Shown here: in pieces, positions 8,297 to 19,795 of the stretch
Position numbering within the stretch: the stretch's first letter is position 1
How the letters are laid out: each line of letters opens with the position of its first letter
NCBI GenBank assembly: GCA_963765575.1
Contig: CAVXWZ010000011.1
Span: forward strand, 737,546 to 801,545
Length of the DNA: 64,000 nucleotides
Direction of reading: 5' to 3'
Origin: an uncultured cyanobacterium
GTDB lineage: Bacteria; Cyanobacteriota; Cyanobacteriia; PCC-6307; Cyanobiaceae
Notes under the pieces: generated by a model
The model's database searches: none
What the model saw: the letters and a program-made list of their open reading frames with translations, nothing else
Told to the model about the DNA's origin: nothing
Position numbers and translations under genes: made by a program

Positions 8297-10332
8297 GCCG
8301 GCTTGGCCTGCTCCTCCCGGTGCAGGCGCCAGCCCAGGCGATCGGCCTGCTGCCGCGCCTGGGCCGGAAGATCGGCGGCGATGAACAGCTTGTGCATGAT
8401 CTGCACGCAGATCAGGTGGTTGATCACCGCATCGAGCTGCACCCGCTGTGCCGCGCTGGTGTCGGGATGGTCGTGGCGCTCGAACAGGGCCTGCACCCCA
8501 GCTGAATCGAGCAGGCCGGCCTGCTCGATCGCTTTGGGATTGAGGTAGCGGTCGGCCAGGGTCTGCATGGCTGCCCGCTTCTGGGCATCGGCGTGGGCCG
8601 GGGGAGCCATGAACGCGAATTTCTCGCGCCGGTAGAGCACCTCCGGCAGCAGGCCACGCATGGCTTCGCGCAGCACGTATTTCTCGGTCTTGCCCTTGAT
8701 GCGCAGCTCCGGCGGCACCTGCACCGCCACCGCCGCCAGGTGGTGGTCGAGAAAGGCGGGGCGGGCTTCCATGGCATGGGCCATGTCGACGCGGTCGCCG
8801 CCCCAGGTGAGGATCTGGCCCTCCAGCATCGTCTTGATCCACACGTACTGGGCGCGATCAAGGGCGTGGCGCCCCTCCAGCTGGGATCGATCCAGGGTGG
8901 CAGCGATGGCGGCACCGGGGTCGTAGCCGGCGCAGGCGGCGCGGTGCTCCGGCGCCAGCAGATCGGGCACCAGCGGCGCGCAGGCCAGCCAGGGCTGCAG
9001 ACAGCTGGGGGTGAAGCCCACCACCTGTTCCAGGGCGGGATCGTGCACCTGTTCCTCGGCCAGCATCGCCCCCTGCACCAGGGCATTGGCCTGTTGCAGC
9101 AACTGCTCCCACTCCTGCCGGTCGGCGGCGGGCAGGTCGCCCAGGCCGTGCAGGAACATGTCGCGGCGGAAGGCGGGGTAGCCGCCGAACAGCTCGTCGG
9201 AACCCTCCCCCGTCATCACCACCTTGTAGTGGGCACGGTTGACCTCCCGGCTCATCAGGAACTTGGCCACCGCCAGGGTGTTGTAGATGCTGCGCTCGGC
9301 ATGCCAGATGGTGTCTTCCAGGTGGCCGTAGAGCTCATGGCCCGACAGCCGCATCACCAGCTGCTGGGCACCCGTGGCCTCGGCCATCTCGGTGGCGATC
9401 GGCGTCTCGTCGTAGCGGGCGTCATCGAAGCCGATCGTGAACGCCTTCACCGGGTTCTGGCTGACCGCCGCCGCCAGCCCCAGGATCGAGCAGGAGTCGA
9501 TGCCGCCGGACAGGTAGCAGCCCACCGGCACGTCGGCGACCATGCGCACCTCCACCGCCTCCAGCAGGGCGGCGCGCACGGCCTCGATGTGGTGGGTTTC
9601 GCTGAGGCCGCCATCGCGCTCCCCCTGGCGGGGGAAGTCCACGTCCCAGTAGGTGCGGTCACTGATCTCGAAGTCGCCATCGCGCCGGCAGACCGTGAGC
9701 ACGTGGCCAGGCATCAGCTGGTGCACCCCCTCGAAGGCCGTGCTGCCGGGTACCACCGTCTGCATCAGCTGGTGGAACAGACCTTGGGAGCTGAAGCGCC
9801 GCTGCACGCCCGGGTGGGCAAACAGCACCTTGAGTTCGGAGCCGAACACCAGGCCCTCGTCGGTGAGGGCCCAGTACTGGGGTTTGACGCCGAAGCGGTC
9901 GCGCACCAGCACCAGGGAATCGCTGCGGCGATCGAACAGGGCGAAGGCGAATTCACCGCGCAGCAGGGGCAGGGTGGCCTCCAGGCCGCGCTCCTGATAG
10001 AGCCGCAGCAGGATCTCCGAATCGCTCTTGCTGCTGAAGCGCACGCCGCGGGCGCTGAGGTCGGCGCGGATGCGCTGGAAGTCGTAGAACTCGCCGTTGT
10101 GGGCCATCAGCAGCTCGCCGTCCTCGGACACGAACGGTTGGCGGGCCCGGTTGGCGTCCAGGTCGATGATCGACAAGCGGGCATGGCAGAAGCCCACCCC
10201 TTGGCCACTGAGGCTGCGCACCCCGAAGCCGTCCGGGCCGCGGTGCACCTGGATCGCCGCCATGTTCACCAGCAGCTGCTCGTCGATCGGCTGCTCGCTC
10301 TGACGCTGGAAGATTCCGCCGATGCCGCACAT
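8263..10332 (-). CDS. asnB: Asparagine synthetase B-like glutamine-dependent amidotransferase
   Basis: MCGI N-terminal nucleophile, HRGPD, HNGEFYD, RDRFGVKP, LSGGIDS, TGEGSDELFGGY, EARPAFLD. Confidence 0.9.
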   Translation of the reverse strand: MCGIGGIFQRQSEQPIDEQLLVNMAAIQVHRGPDGFGVRSLSGQGVGFCHARLSIIDLDANRARQPFVSEDGELLMAHNGEFYDFQRIRADLSARGVRFSSKSDSEILLRLYQERGLEATLPLLRGEFAFALFDRRSDSLVLVRDRFGVKPQYWALTDEGLVFGSELKVLFAHPGVQRRFSSQGLFHQLMQTVVPGSTAFEGVHQLMPGHVLTVCRRDGDFEISDRTYWDVDFPRQGERDGGLSETHHIEAVRAALLEAVEVRMVADVPVGCYLSGGIDSCSILGLAAAVSQNPVKAFTIGFDDARYDETPIATEMAEATGAQQLVMRLSGHELYGHLEDTIWHAERSIYNTLAVAKFLMSREVNRAHYKVVMTGEGSDELFGGYPAFRRDMFLHGLGDLPAADRQEWEQLLQQANALVQGAMLAEEQVHDPALEQVVGFTPSCLQPWLACAPLVPDLLAPEHRAACAGYDPGAAIAATLDRSQLEGRHALDRAQYVWIKTMLEGQILTWGGDRVDMAHAMEARPAFLDHHLAAVAVQVPPELRIKGKTEKYVLREAMRGLLPEVLYRREKFAFMAPPAHADAQKRAAMQTLADRYLNPKAIEQAGLLDSAGVQALFERHDHPDTSAAQRVQLDAVINHLICVQIMHKLFIAADLPAQARQQADRLGWRLHREEQAKPAYALIGMSSVD

Positions 10333-10387
10333 AGGCCTGGTTTTCTGGGGGGTCTGCTGGGTTCGGGTGGGCCGCTGGCTCGGCCGC

Positions 10388-11491
10388 TCAGATGATGTCC
10401 ATCACCTGATCCATGCGCTCCACCATGCAGGTGAGCAGGGCCATGCGGATGAACACCGCGCCGCGGGCCTGGGAGAAATACCAGTTGTGGGCGGTCTCAT
10501 CCAGGCAGGTGCCCAGTTCGGGGCCGCGGGCCAGGGGGTGCAGCACGATGGCGTCCTGCCGGTAGGGCAGGTCGGCCGTGAGCTGGAAGCTGCGGCCGTG
10601 CACTTCATAGCTGTCACCCACCCAGGCGATGGCATTGATGTAGATCACATCCAAGTCGGGCACGGCGCCGTGCAGGTCGTCGCTGGTGCTCACCTTCAGT
10701 CCGGCCGCCTGCAGTTCCTCCAGCTGGCCCGGATCGAAGTAGCCGTCGAGGGGGGCGCTGCCGGGATCGTGGAACAGCACCAGTTCCTCCACCATCGCCG
10801 GGAACTGGGCCAGGATGCGCAGCAGCGAGCGCACCGTGCGCATGCGGCTGGGGATGCCCACCACGCCGATGCGGATGCGCTGGGCGGCGGGCAGCTCCCG
10901 CTCCACCAGCTGGGGCCGCCACTTGAAGATCGTGTAGAGATCCGCCATCGCCTGGGTGGGATGCTCATCGATGCCGTTGCCGGCATTGATGATCGGGATC
11001 CGCAGTGACTGGGTCATCTCGTAGATGGCCTCGGCGTGGGTGTCACGCAGCACCACACAGTCGCCGTAGTTGTTGAACATCTCGGCCACGTCGCGCAGGG
11101 TCTCCCCCTTGGCGATGCCGGTGGTGCTGCGGTCGGTGATCGTGATCGTGTCACCCCCCAGTCGGTGCCAGGCGCTGTCGAACGAGAGGCGCGTGCGGGT
11201 GCTGGGCTCGTAGAAGGCGTTGATCAGGATCTTGCCCCGCAGGGGGCTGTTGTGGCGCATGTAGCGCTCCGGATTGCTCTCGAACTTCGCCGCCAGGCGA
11301 AACAGCTGCAGCAGCGTCACCGCGCTGTATTGGCTGGTGGAGAGCACGTGTTGCTCGGTGAGCTCACGCAGGGCGTCGCTGTCTTCCCGGATGGCGCGCA
11401 GCAGGGCTTGGGGGTGGGCATTGCCGTAGACATCCGGACCCAGGCGGGTGAAGCGGATGCGGGGCTGGGAGGGCTGCGGGCTGGATGGCAT
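10388..11491 (-). CDS. Aspartate carbamoyltransferase-like (pseudo-ATCase) transcarbamylase; start may extend to 11596
   Basis: FYEPSTRTRLSF, KGET, INAGNG, HPTQ and HPLAR present; YINAIAW replaces the ATCase TRxQxER motif. Confidence 0.88.
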   Translation of the reverse strand: MPSSPQPSQPRIRFTRLGPDVYGNAHPQALLRAIREDSDALRELTEQHVLSTSQYSAVTLLQLFRLAAKFESNPERYMRHNSPLRGKILINAFYEPSTRTRLSFDSAWHRLGGDTITITDRSTTGIAKGETLRDVAEMFNNYGDCVVLRDTHAEAIYEMTQSLRIPIINAGNGIDEHPTQAMADLYTIFKWRPQLVERELPAAQRIRIGVVGIPSRMRTVRSLLRILAQFPAMVEELVLFHDPGSAPLDGYFDPGQLEELQAAGLKVSTSDDLHGAVPDLDVIYINAIAWVGDSYEVHGRSFQLTADLPYRQDAIVLHPLARGPELGTCLDETAHNWYFSQARGAVFIRMALLTCMVERMDQVMDII

Positions 11492-11658
11492 GGGCAGGCG
11501 GTGGCCTCGGGGGCTGCTCACGGCGTCAACGCCGACGCCACAACCATCTGTAGGTGGCAGCACCTCAGCTGCCGGCAAGAACTTGCTTTTGTTCACCTAG
11601 TGACCCCTTGACGTGGGGTCATTCGGTAGCCGATCACACTGATGCGCTGGCGTGGCCG

Positions 11659-11826
11659 TCACCACACCTGGCCTTCGCGCCACTCCTTCAGCCAGATCAG
11701 CACAATCACCAGGGTGGCCAGCGCCAGGCCGATGATGCTGCCCACCACCAGCAGCCGGAACAGGGAGGCGGGCAGCAGCCACTCGGTGGCGGCTGGCGTG
11801 GCGGACGCTGTGCTGAGCAGGGGCAT
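11659..11826 (-). CDS. 55-aa single-pass membrane microprotein (not in ORF track)
   Basis: Manual translation MPLLSTASATPAATEWLLPASLFRLLVVGSIIGLALATLVIVLIWLKEWREGQVW*; GC-ending codons; co-oriented between symporter and pseudo-ATCase. Confidence 0.65.
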   Translation of the reverse strand: MPLLSTASATPAATEWLLPASLFRLLVVGSIIGLALATLVIVLIWLKEWREGQVW

Positions 11827-11887
11827 GGCGGGCTGGCGCAGGGGGCTGGGGGCAAAGAAGACGGGGGGAGTGGTTGGCGGCCGGGGG

Positions 11888-13309
11888 TCAGCGGCCTGCG
11901 AGCAGGCGCCACTCGAACCGTTCCGGGTTCCAGTGGCTGCCCAGTCCCATCACCGCCGCCGACACCGCCGCCGACACCAGGGCGGCGCAGTAGGGGGCCA
12001 CCAGCACATAGGCGAGCAGACCGGTGGTCGAGCCCAGCACCATGGCGGCGGTGGCCGCCTGGCGGTTGGCCTGGGGCCAGTAGAGCCCCATGGCGATCGG
12101 CCAGATGGTGGAGGCCACCAGGGCGCCGGTGAACAGCAGCAGCTGGTACATCGAGGTGAGGTACTGCCAGGAGAGCACCATCGTCAGCAGCCCCAGGCCC
12201 ACCACCACCAGCCGTGCCGCCTGGCGGATCTGCCGGTCACTGATGCCGGGCATCAGCCAGTGGGCCACCACGTCTTCGGCGATCAGATCGGCGCTGGCGG
12301 CCAGCAGGGAATCGAGGGTGGAGGTGAGCGAGGCGAAGATGATGATGAACACCACGATCGCGCCGCCACTGCCCAGCAGCTGGGCGGTGATCAGCGGAAA
12401 GACCATGTTCACCTGGGGCACCTCCAGGTTCTGGGCCAGGGCCATCAGGGCGATGGCGCCGGTGACGACCGGCACGGCCGTCCAGGCCAGGCCGCCGAGC
12501 ACGAAGGAGCGGAACACCACCGTGGGCCGGCTGGCGAACACCCGACTCCACCAGATGTTGTTGTGGAACACCTCACCCATGCTGAACAGGCCGGTGTTCC
12601 AGGCGAACAGCAGGCCGGTCGGAAGCAGCATGTTCAGCCGTGACGGGTGCTCGGCCGCCAGGGCGTCGTACACCTGATCCACGCTCATCTGGCTGTAGCC
12701 CAGCACCGCCACCAGCACCAGCAAGGCCATGATCAGCAACGACTGAATGAAGTCGGTGCCCACCACCCCGCGCATGCCGCCGAAGAGGGTGTAGATGGTC
12801 GACACCCCGATCACGCAGACCATGCCGAGGCGGTAGTCGAAACCGGAGAGGGCCTGCAGCAGCAGGCCGGCCCCCATCCCCTGGGTGATCAGGAAGCCGA
12901 GGGTGTAGGCCATGGTGATCAGCAGGAACACCGCCCAGCACAGCCGGCCGTAGCGCAGGCGCACGAAGTCGCCGCTGGTGCGGGCCGTGGGCATCAGCCG
13001 CTTGATGCGGACCGCCAGCGGGGCGAACAGGAACAGCCCCAGCCCCGCCAGGGCGTAGCCGAGCATGCCCCACAGGCCCAGGGTGTAGCCCACCTCCGGA
13101 GCGGCGAGGGTGGTGTTGCCGGTGACCCAGCTGGCCATCAAGGTGGCCGTGCTCAGGGCCAGGCCGATGTTGCGGCCGGCGAGCAGGTAGTCGTCGGCAT
13201 CGCCCTTGCCGCGCCTGCCCCACCACACCCCCAGGGCGATCCAGAGCACTGAAAAGGCCACCAGCAGAAACCAGGCGATGCCGGCGTCGAGCAGCGGGGC
13301 GTCAGTCAT
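11888..13309 (-). CDS. Sodium:solute symporter (SSS; DUR3/PutP-like)
   Basis: DYLLAGRNIG, ASWVTGNT, SGDFVRLRYG, YTLFGGMRGVVGTDFIQ, ASLTSTLDSLL; many TM helices; ATG at 13309. Confidence 0.9.
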   Translation of the reverse strand: MTDAPLLDAGIAWFLLVAFSVLWIALGVWWGRRGKGDADDYLLAGRNIGLALSTATLMASWVTGNTTLAAPEVGYTLGLWGMLGYALAGLGLFLFAPLAVRIKRLMPTARTSGDFVRLRYGRLCWAVFLLITMAYTLGFLITQGMGAGLLLQALSGFDYRLGMVCVIGVSTIYTLFGGMRGVVGTDFIQSLLIMALLVLVAVLGYSQMSVDQVYDALAAEHPSRLNMLLPTGLLFAWNTGLFSMGEVFHNNIWWSRVFASRPTVVFRSFVLGGLAWTAVPVVTGAIALMALAQNLEVPQVNMVFPLITAQLLGSGGAIVVFIIIFASLTSTLDSLLAASADLIAEDVVAHWLMPGISDRQIRQAARLVVVGLGLLTMVLSWQYLTSMYQLLLFTGALVASTIWPIAMGLYWPQANRQAATAAMVLGSTTGLLAYVLVAPYCAALVSAAVSAAVMGLGSHWNPERFEWRLLAGR

Positions 13310-13448
13310 GGCGGGGCGTGCCGATGGGGTCGTCGTAGGGATCGCGGCCGTGCCAGCGGGCATGGCCGCGGGCGATCATGATCACGGTGGCCAGGGTGAC
13401 CACGGCGCCGATCGCGAAGATCAGCAGGGCCCGTTGCAGCTCGCTCAT
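13302..13448 (-). CDS. 48-aa single-pass membrane microprotein upstream of the symporter (not in ORF track)
   Basis: Manual translation MSELQRALLIFAIGAVVTLATVIMIARGHARWHGRDPYDDPIGTPRHD*; its stop overlaps the symporter start (ATGACTGA). Confidence 0.7.
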   Translation of the reverse strand: MSELQRALLIFAIGAVVTLATVIMIARGHARWHGRDPYDDPIGTPRHD

Positions 13449-13575
13449 GCACGACCACTAGCAGGGGGAGGGCGCCTGGGAGCCGTTCTGAAGCGGCCCG
13501 CAAGAAACCGGCGCCAATGGCAACCTCAATTCAGGCGGTCGCAAGCCGCCATGAATGCGTCATGAACAGGAGCAC

Positions 13576-13612
13576 AAAAAAACCCCGGCAGCAGCGCTGT
13601 CGGGGTTTTTTT
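13576..13612 (-). terminator. Intrinsic, probably bidirectional terminator downstream of tRNA-fMet
   Basis: A7-CCCCGGCAGC-a-GCTGTCGGGG-type stem-T7 immediately after the tRNA 3' end. Confidence 0.85.
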
Positions 13613-13615
13613 CAT

Positions 13616-13692
<77 letters not shown>

Positions 13693-13750
13693 CTGGTGAA
13701 TGGATCATACCAGCGCGGTGTCCCCCGCTACCGATCGTCCCCGGCCGGCC

Positions 13751-14722
13751 TCAGTCGAAGCGCAGCTCCCCGAGCACCTCCAGCTTCAGGTGGGGGGCCG
13801 GGCTCAGGAAGCGCTGGCGCAGCTCCTCGATGGTCATGGGGGTGAGCCAGTCGAGCTGCTCCAGCAGGTGCAGAGCCACCGCGTGCTTGGCCCGGGCGGA
13901 GCCGTCCTCCACCTTGATCGCCACCCCCATCCCCTCACCCACACGGCTGAGGCACTGGATGCCCTCGGCGCCCCCCTTGCTGAGCACCTGGCCGTGGCCC
14001 CGGCGCATCAGCTCGGTGTCGAAGTGACCCTCGCCGGCCACCAGGTGGGGGTGGGCCAGCATTGCCCGGCTGAGGCGCTCCAGGTCGGGCTGCTCGCCGG
14101 CACCCAGGTGGGCGAACAGCAGGGCCATCTGGGCCAGGCGCAGGCGCAGGGTGGGCACGCCGCAGTCATCGCGGGCGGTGACCAGCTCGGCCGCCGGCAG
14201 GGCCAGGTATTCGCCCACCCGCTTCAGCAACTCCTGCTGCAGGGGGTGATCCCCCTGCATGTAGCTCTCGGTGCTCCAGCCCAGGCGGCGGCAGGTGGCC
14301 AGGAAGGCCGCGTGTTTGCCGGAGCAGTTGTGCTCCAGGGGGCTGGTCCGCCCCGCCGGCACCGGACATTGCAGCTGGTCAGCCTCGAGTTCGGCGCTCC
14401 AGAGCAGCTTGAAGGCCTCACGGGCGTGCTCCGGCGTGCCGGCATGGGAGGCACAGGCGATGGCCAGGCCGCGGTCGCCCACCTTGCCCTGGTCGGCGCT
14501 GCCACTGGCCACGAACACGGCCGCCTGGAACGGCTTCAGGGCCGAGCGCATGAAGCTCAGCTGCTGGGGGTCGCCGGCCCGCATCAGCACCCGGCCACGG
14601 GCGTCACTGACGGCCGCGTGCACCCGGTGGCGCGACTCGGTGATGCCCTCGCGCAGCAGGCGCACCTCCAGGGGCGGAATGTCGGTGCGGGTGGCGGCAC
14701 CGAAGCTGGAGGAGAGGCTCAT
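13751..14722 (-). CDS. L-asparaginase II family (Rhizobium AnsA type)
   Basis: ESRH, RSALKPFQA, CASHAG, HNCSGKHA, DDCG, SKGGAEG, KVEDG motifs. Confidence 0.88.
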   Translation of the reverse strand: MSLSSSFGAATRTDIPPLEVRLLREGITESRHRVHAAVSDARGRVLMRAGDPQQLSFMRSALKPFQAAVFVASGSADQGKVGDRGLAIACASHAGTPEHAREAFKLLWSAELEADQLQCPVPAGRTSPLEHNCSGKHAAFLATCRRLGWSTESYMQGDHPLQQELLKRVGEYLALPAAELVTARDDCGVPTLRLRLAQMALLFAHLGAGEQPDLERLSRAMLAHPHLVAGEGHFDTELMRRGHGQVLSKGGAEGIQCLSRVGEGMGVAIKVEDGSARAKHAVALHLLEQLDWLTPMTIEELRQRFLSPAPHLKLEVLGELRFD

Positions 14723-14744
14723 GGGCAAGGGCTGGGGCTGACGT

Positions 14745-15293
14745 TCACTGAGCCTGCCAGAGCCTGGCTGTGAGCAGTCCGCAGCTGCCCAGCAGCATCA
14801 GCAGGGTGGCGACCGTGATCGCCTGCCGCAGCCGCTTGAGCACCGGTCGCACCTGATGGCGGGCCACCAGCAGATCCTGCTGGCGCCAGCTCAGGGGCTT
14901 TTCCCACACCTGGCCGTCGTACCACCCGGATTCCTCGTATTCCACCCGCTCGCTCACCAGCCGCTGGTGGATGCTGCGCCAGCCCAGCCACTGGCGCAGC
15001 AGCATCAGGGTGGGCAGGAGGATGGCGGTAACCGCACCAGCCAGCAGCCACTGCAGGGGGTGGTGGCGCAGTGCCCAGCTGCCACTGCTCACCAGCACAG
15101 TGAGGGGCAGGATCAGCAGCCAGCTCAAGGCCAGGGGCCGCAGCAGGTCGTTGAGGCTGTGGCGGGGCCAGGCGAAAAACCACGAGTCGCGCAGCTCCTG
15201 GTATTGCTGCAGGGGGCGCTGGGGGGGCGGAACGGGGCAGGGCCCGGCCGGGGCGCCGGGGAAATCGCCGGTGGCGCCGAGGGCGTCGCCCAT
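14745..15293 (-). CDS. CGLD27/Ycf36 (DUF1230) family protein
   Basis: CPVPPPQRP..Y.EL..SWFFAWP and YEESGWYDGQVWEKP motifs. Confidence 0.9.
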   Translation of the reverse strand: MGDALGATGDFPGAPAGPCPVPPPQRPLQQYQELRDSWFFAWPRHSLNDLLRPLALSWLLILPLTVLVSSGSWALRHHPLQWLLAGAVTAILLPTLMLLRQWLGWRSIHQRLVSERVEYEESGWYDGQVWEKPLSWRQQDLLVARHQVRPVLKRLRQAITVATLLMLLGSCGLLTARLWQAQ

Positions 15294-15296
15294 GGC

Positions 15297-15698
15297 TCAG
15301 CTGCTGGTGGCCTGGGCGGAGCCTAGGTAGCGCACCTGCTGGCCGTGGCCCCAGAACGCCTCCAGGTCGTAGTACTGGCGCTCCTTGGGCTGGAGCACGT
15401 GCACGATCAGCTCGCCGTAGTCGAGCAGCAGCCAGCGCCCTTCCGCCTGGCCCTCGCGGCGCAGGGGCAGGCGGCCCTCGGCCTCCTCCAGACGGTCCTC
15501 CACCGAGCGGGCGATGGCGCGAACCTGGACGTCGGAGAGGCCGCTGCAGATCACGAACCAGTCGGCCAGGGTGGTCACCTCGTCCACCCGGATCAGGCGG
15601 ATGTCCACGGCCTTGCGGTCATCGCAGGCCTCGGCCGCCAGGTGGGCCAGGGCTTCGCTGGCGGGATCGGGGGGGCCGGCGGCAAGAGCATCAGCCAT
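15297..15698 (-). CDS. rsfS: Ribosome silencing factor RsfS (Iojap)
   Basis: DDRKAVDI, ADWFVICSG, WLLLDYGELIVHV...RQYYDLEAFW. Confidence 0.93.
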   Translation of the reverse strand: MADALAAGPPDPASEALAHLAAEACDDRKAVDIRLIRVDEVTTLADWFVICSGLSDVQVRAIARSVEDRLEEAEGRLPLRREGQAEGRWLLLDYGELIVHVLQPKERQYYDLEAFWGHGQQVRYLGSAQATSS

Positions 15699-16326
15699 AG
15701 ACGTTCTCACTGGTGACGGATTCCCGCGATCCCTGCTGTTGGGCCATTTCGGCCCGGGCCCGGCTGGCGCTCTTGCGCAGTGACTCGAGGCGGTCGTCGT
15801 AGTAGGTGCGTTTCTTTTTCTTGCGGGTCTGCTCGGCCAGTTCCTTGAGGGCGCCGCCGAGGCTCTTGTAGGCGTTGGGCAGGGTGTAACCGAAACGGCA
15901 GGCCAGATCGATCGCTCGCTCGTCGGCGGCGATGGCCTCGGCCAGCCGCTTCTCGGAATTGTTCTTGAGGTAGAGGCGGTAGCCGGCGAAGCCCGACAGC
16001 CCCAGGGCCATCAGCAGCAACAGACCGTCCTGCACCCAGAGCTCGCCGATGGCGCCACCGAGGCCGATGGCCAGGGCCGCCATCTCCCAGCCGTCGCGGG
16101 GGACGGCGTCGTTCTGGATGCGGCCCACCTCATGCCAGAAGAGCAGGTTGCGGTGGTCCAGCGCCAGGGCATCCCATGTCTCGAGATCGACCTGGATCTC
16201 AATCTCGTCTCGCCCGATCTCCTCGATCGTCACCAGTGGTGGATCGATTGAGGCCGCGGCTTCCACGAACACCCAGCTCTGCATTTCCGGCGGCAGCAGC
16301 CCCTTGAGGCGCTGGAGTTCGCTCAT
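15691..16326 (-). CDS. DUF3318 family cyanobacterial protein
   Basis: ELQRLKGLLPPEMQSWV, RNLLFWHEVGRIQND, IAADERAI; ATG at 16326. Confidence 0.8.
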   Translation of the reverse strand: MSELQRLKGLLPPEMQSWVFVEAAASIDPPLVTIEEIGRDEIEIQVDLETWDALALDHRNLLFWHEVGRIQNDAVPRDGWEMAALAIGLGGAIGELWVQDGLLLLMALGLSGFAGYRLYLKNNSEKRLAEAIAADERAIDLACRFGYTLPNAYKSLGGALKELAEQTRKKKKRTYYDDRLESLRKSASRARAEMAQQQGSRESVTSENVYG

Positions 16327-16445
16327 GGATGCGTGGGATACAAGCCAACCCAGGTTAGCGACACGGATCGGTTCTCCTGAGTCGTCCGCCACCGACCATC
16401 GGGGGGGATCGTGTCAGGCTGCCTCGGTTTGGCCCGTTTGAGCCC

Positions 16446-19769
<3,324 letters not shown>

Positions 19770-19795
19770 GGTTTGGTCCCCGCGTCCGTCCTGCC

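Noticed and set aside
10388..11596. Calling this gene canonical pyrB
   Set aside because: Lacks the RxQxER aspartate-binding motif and lies outside any pyr context.
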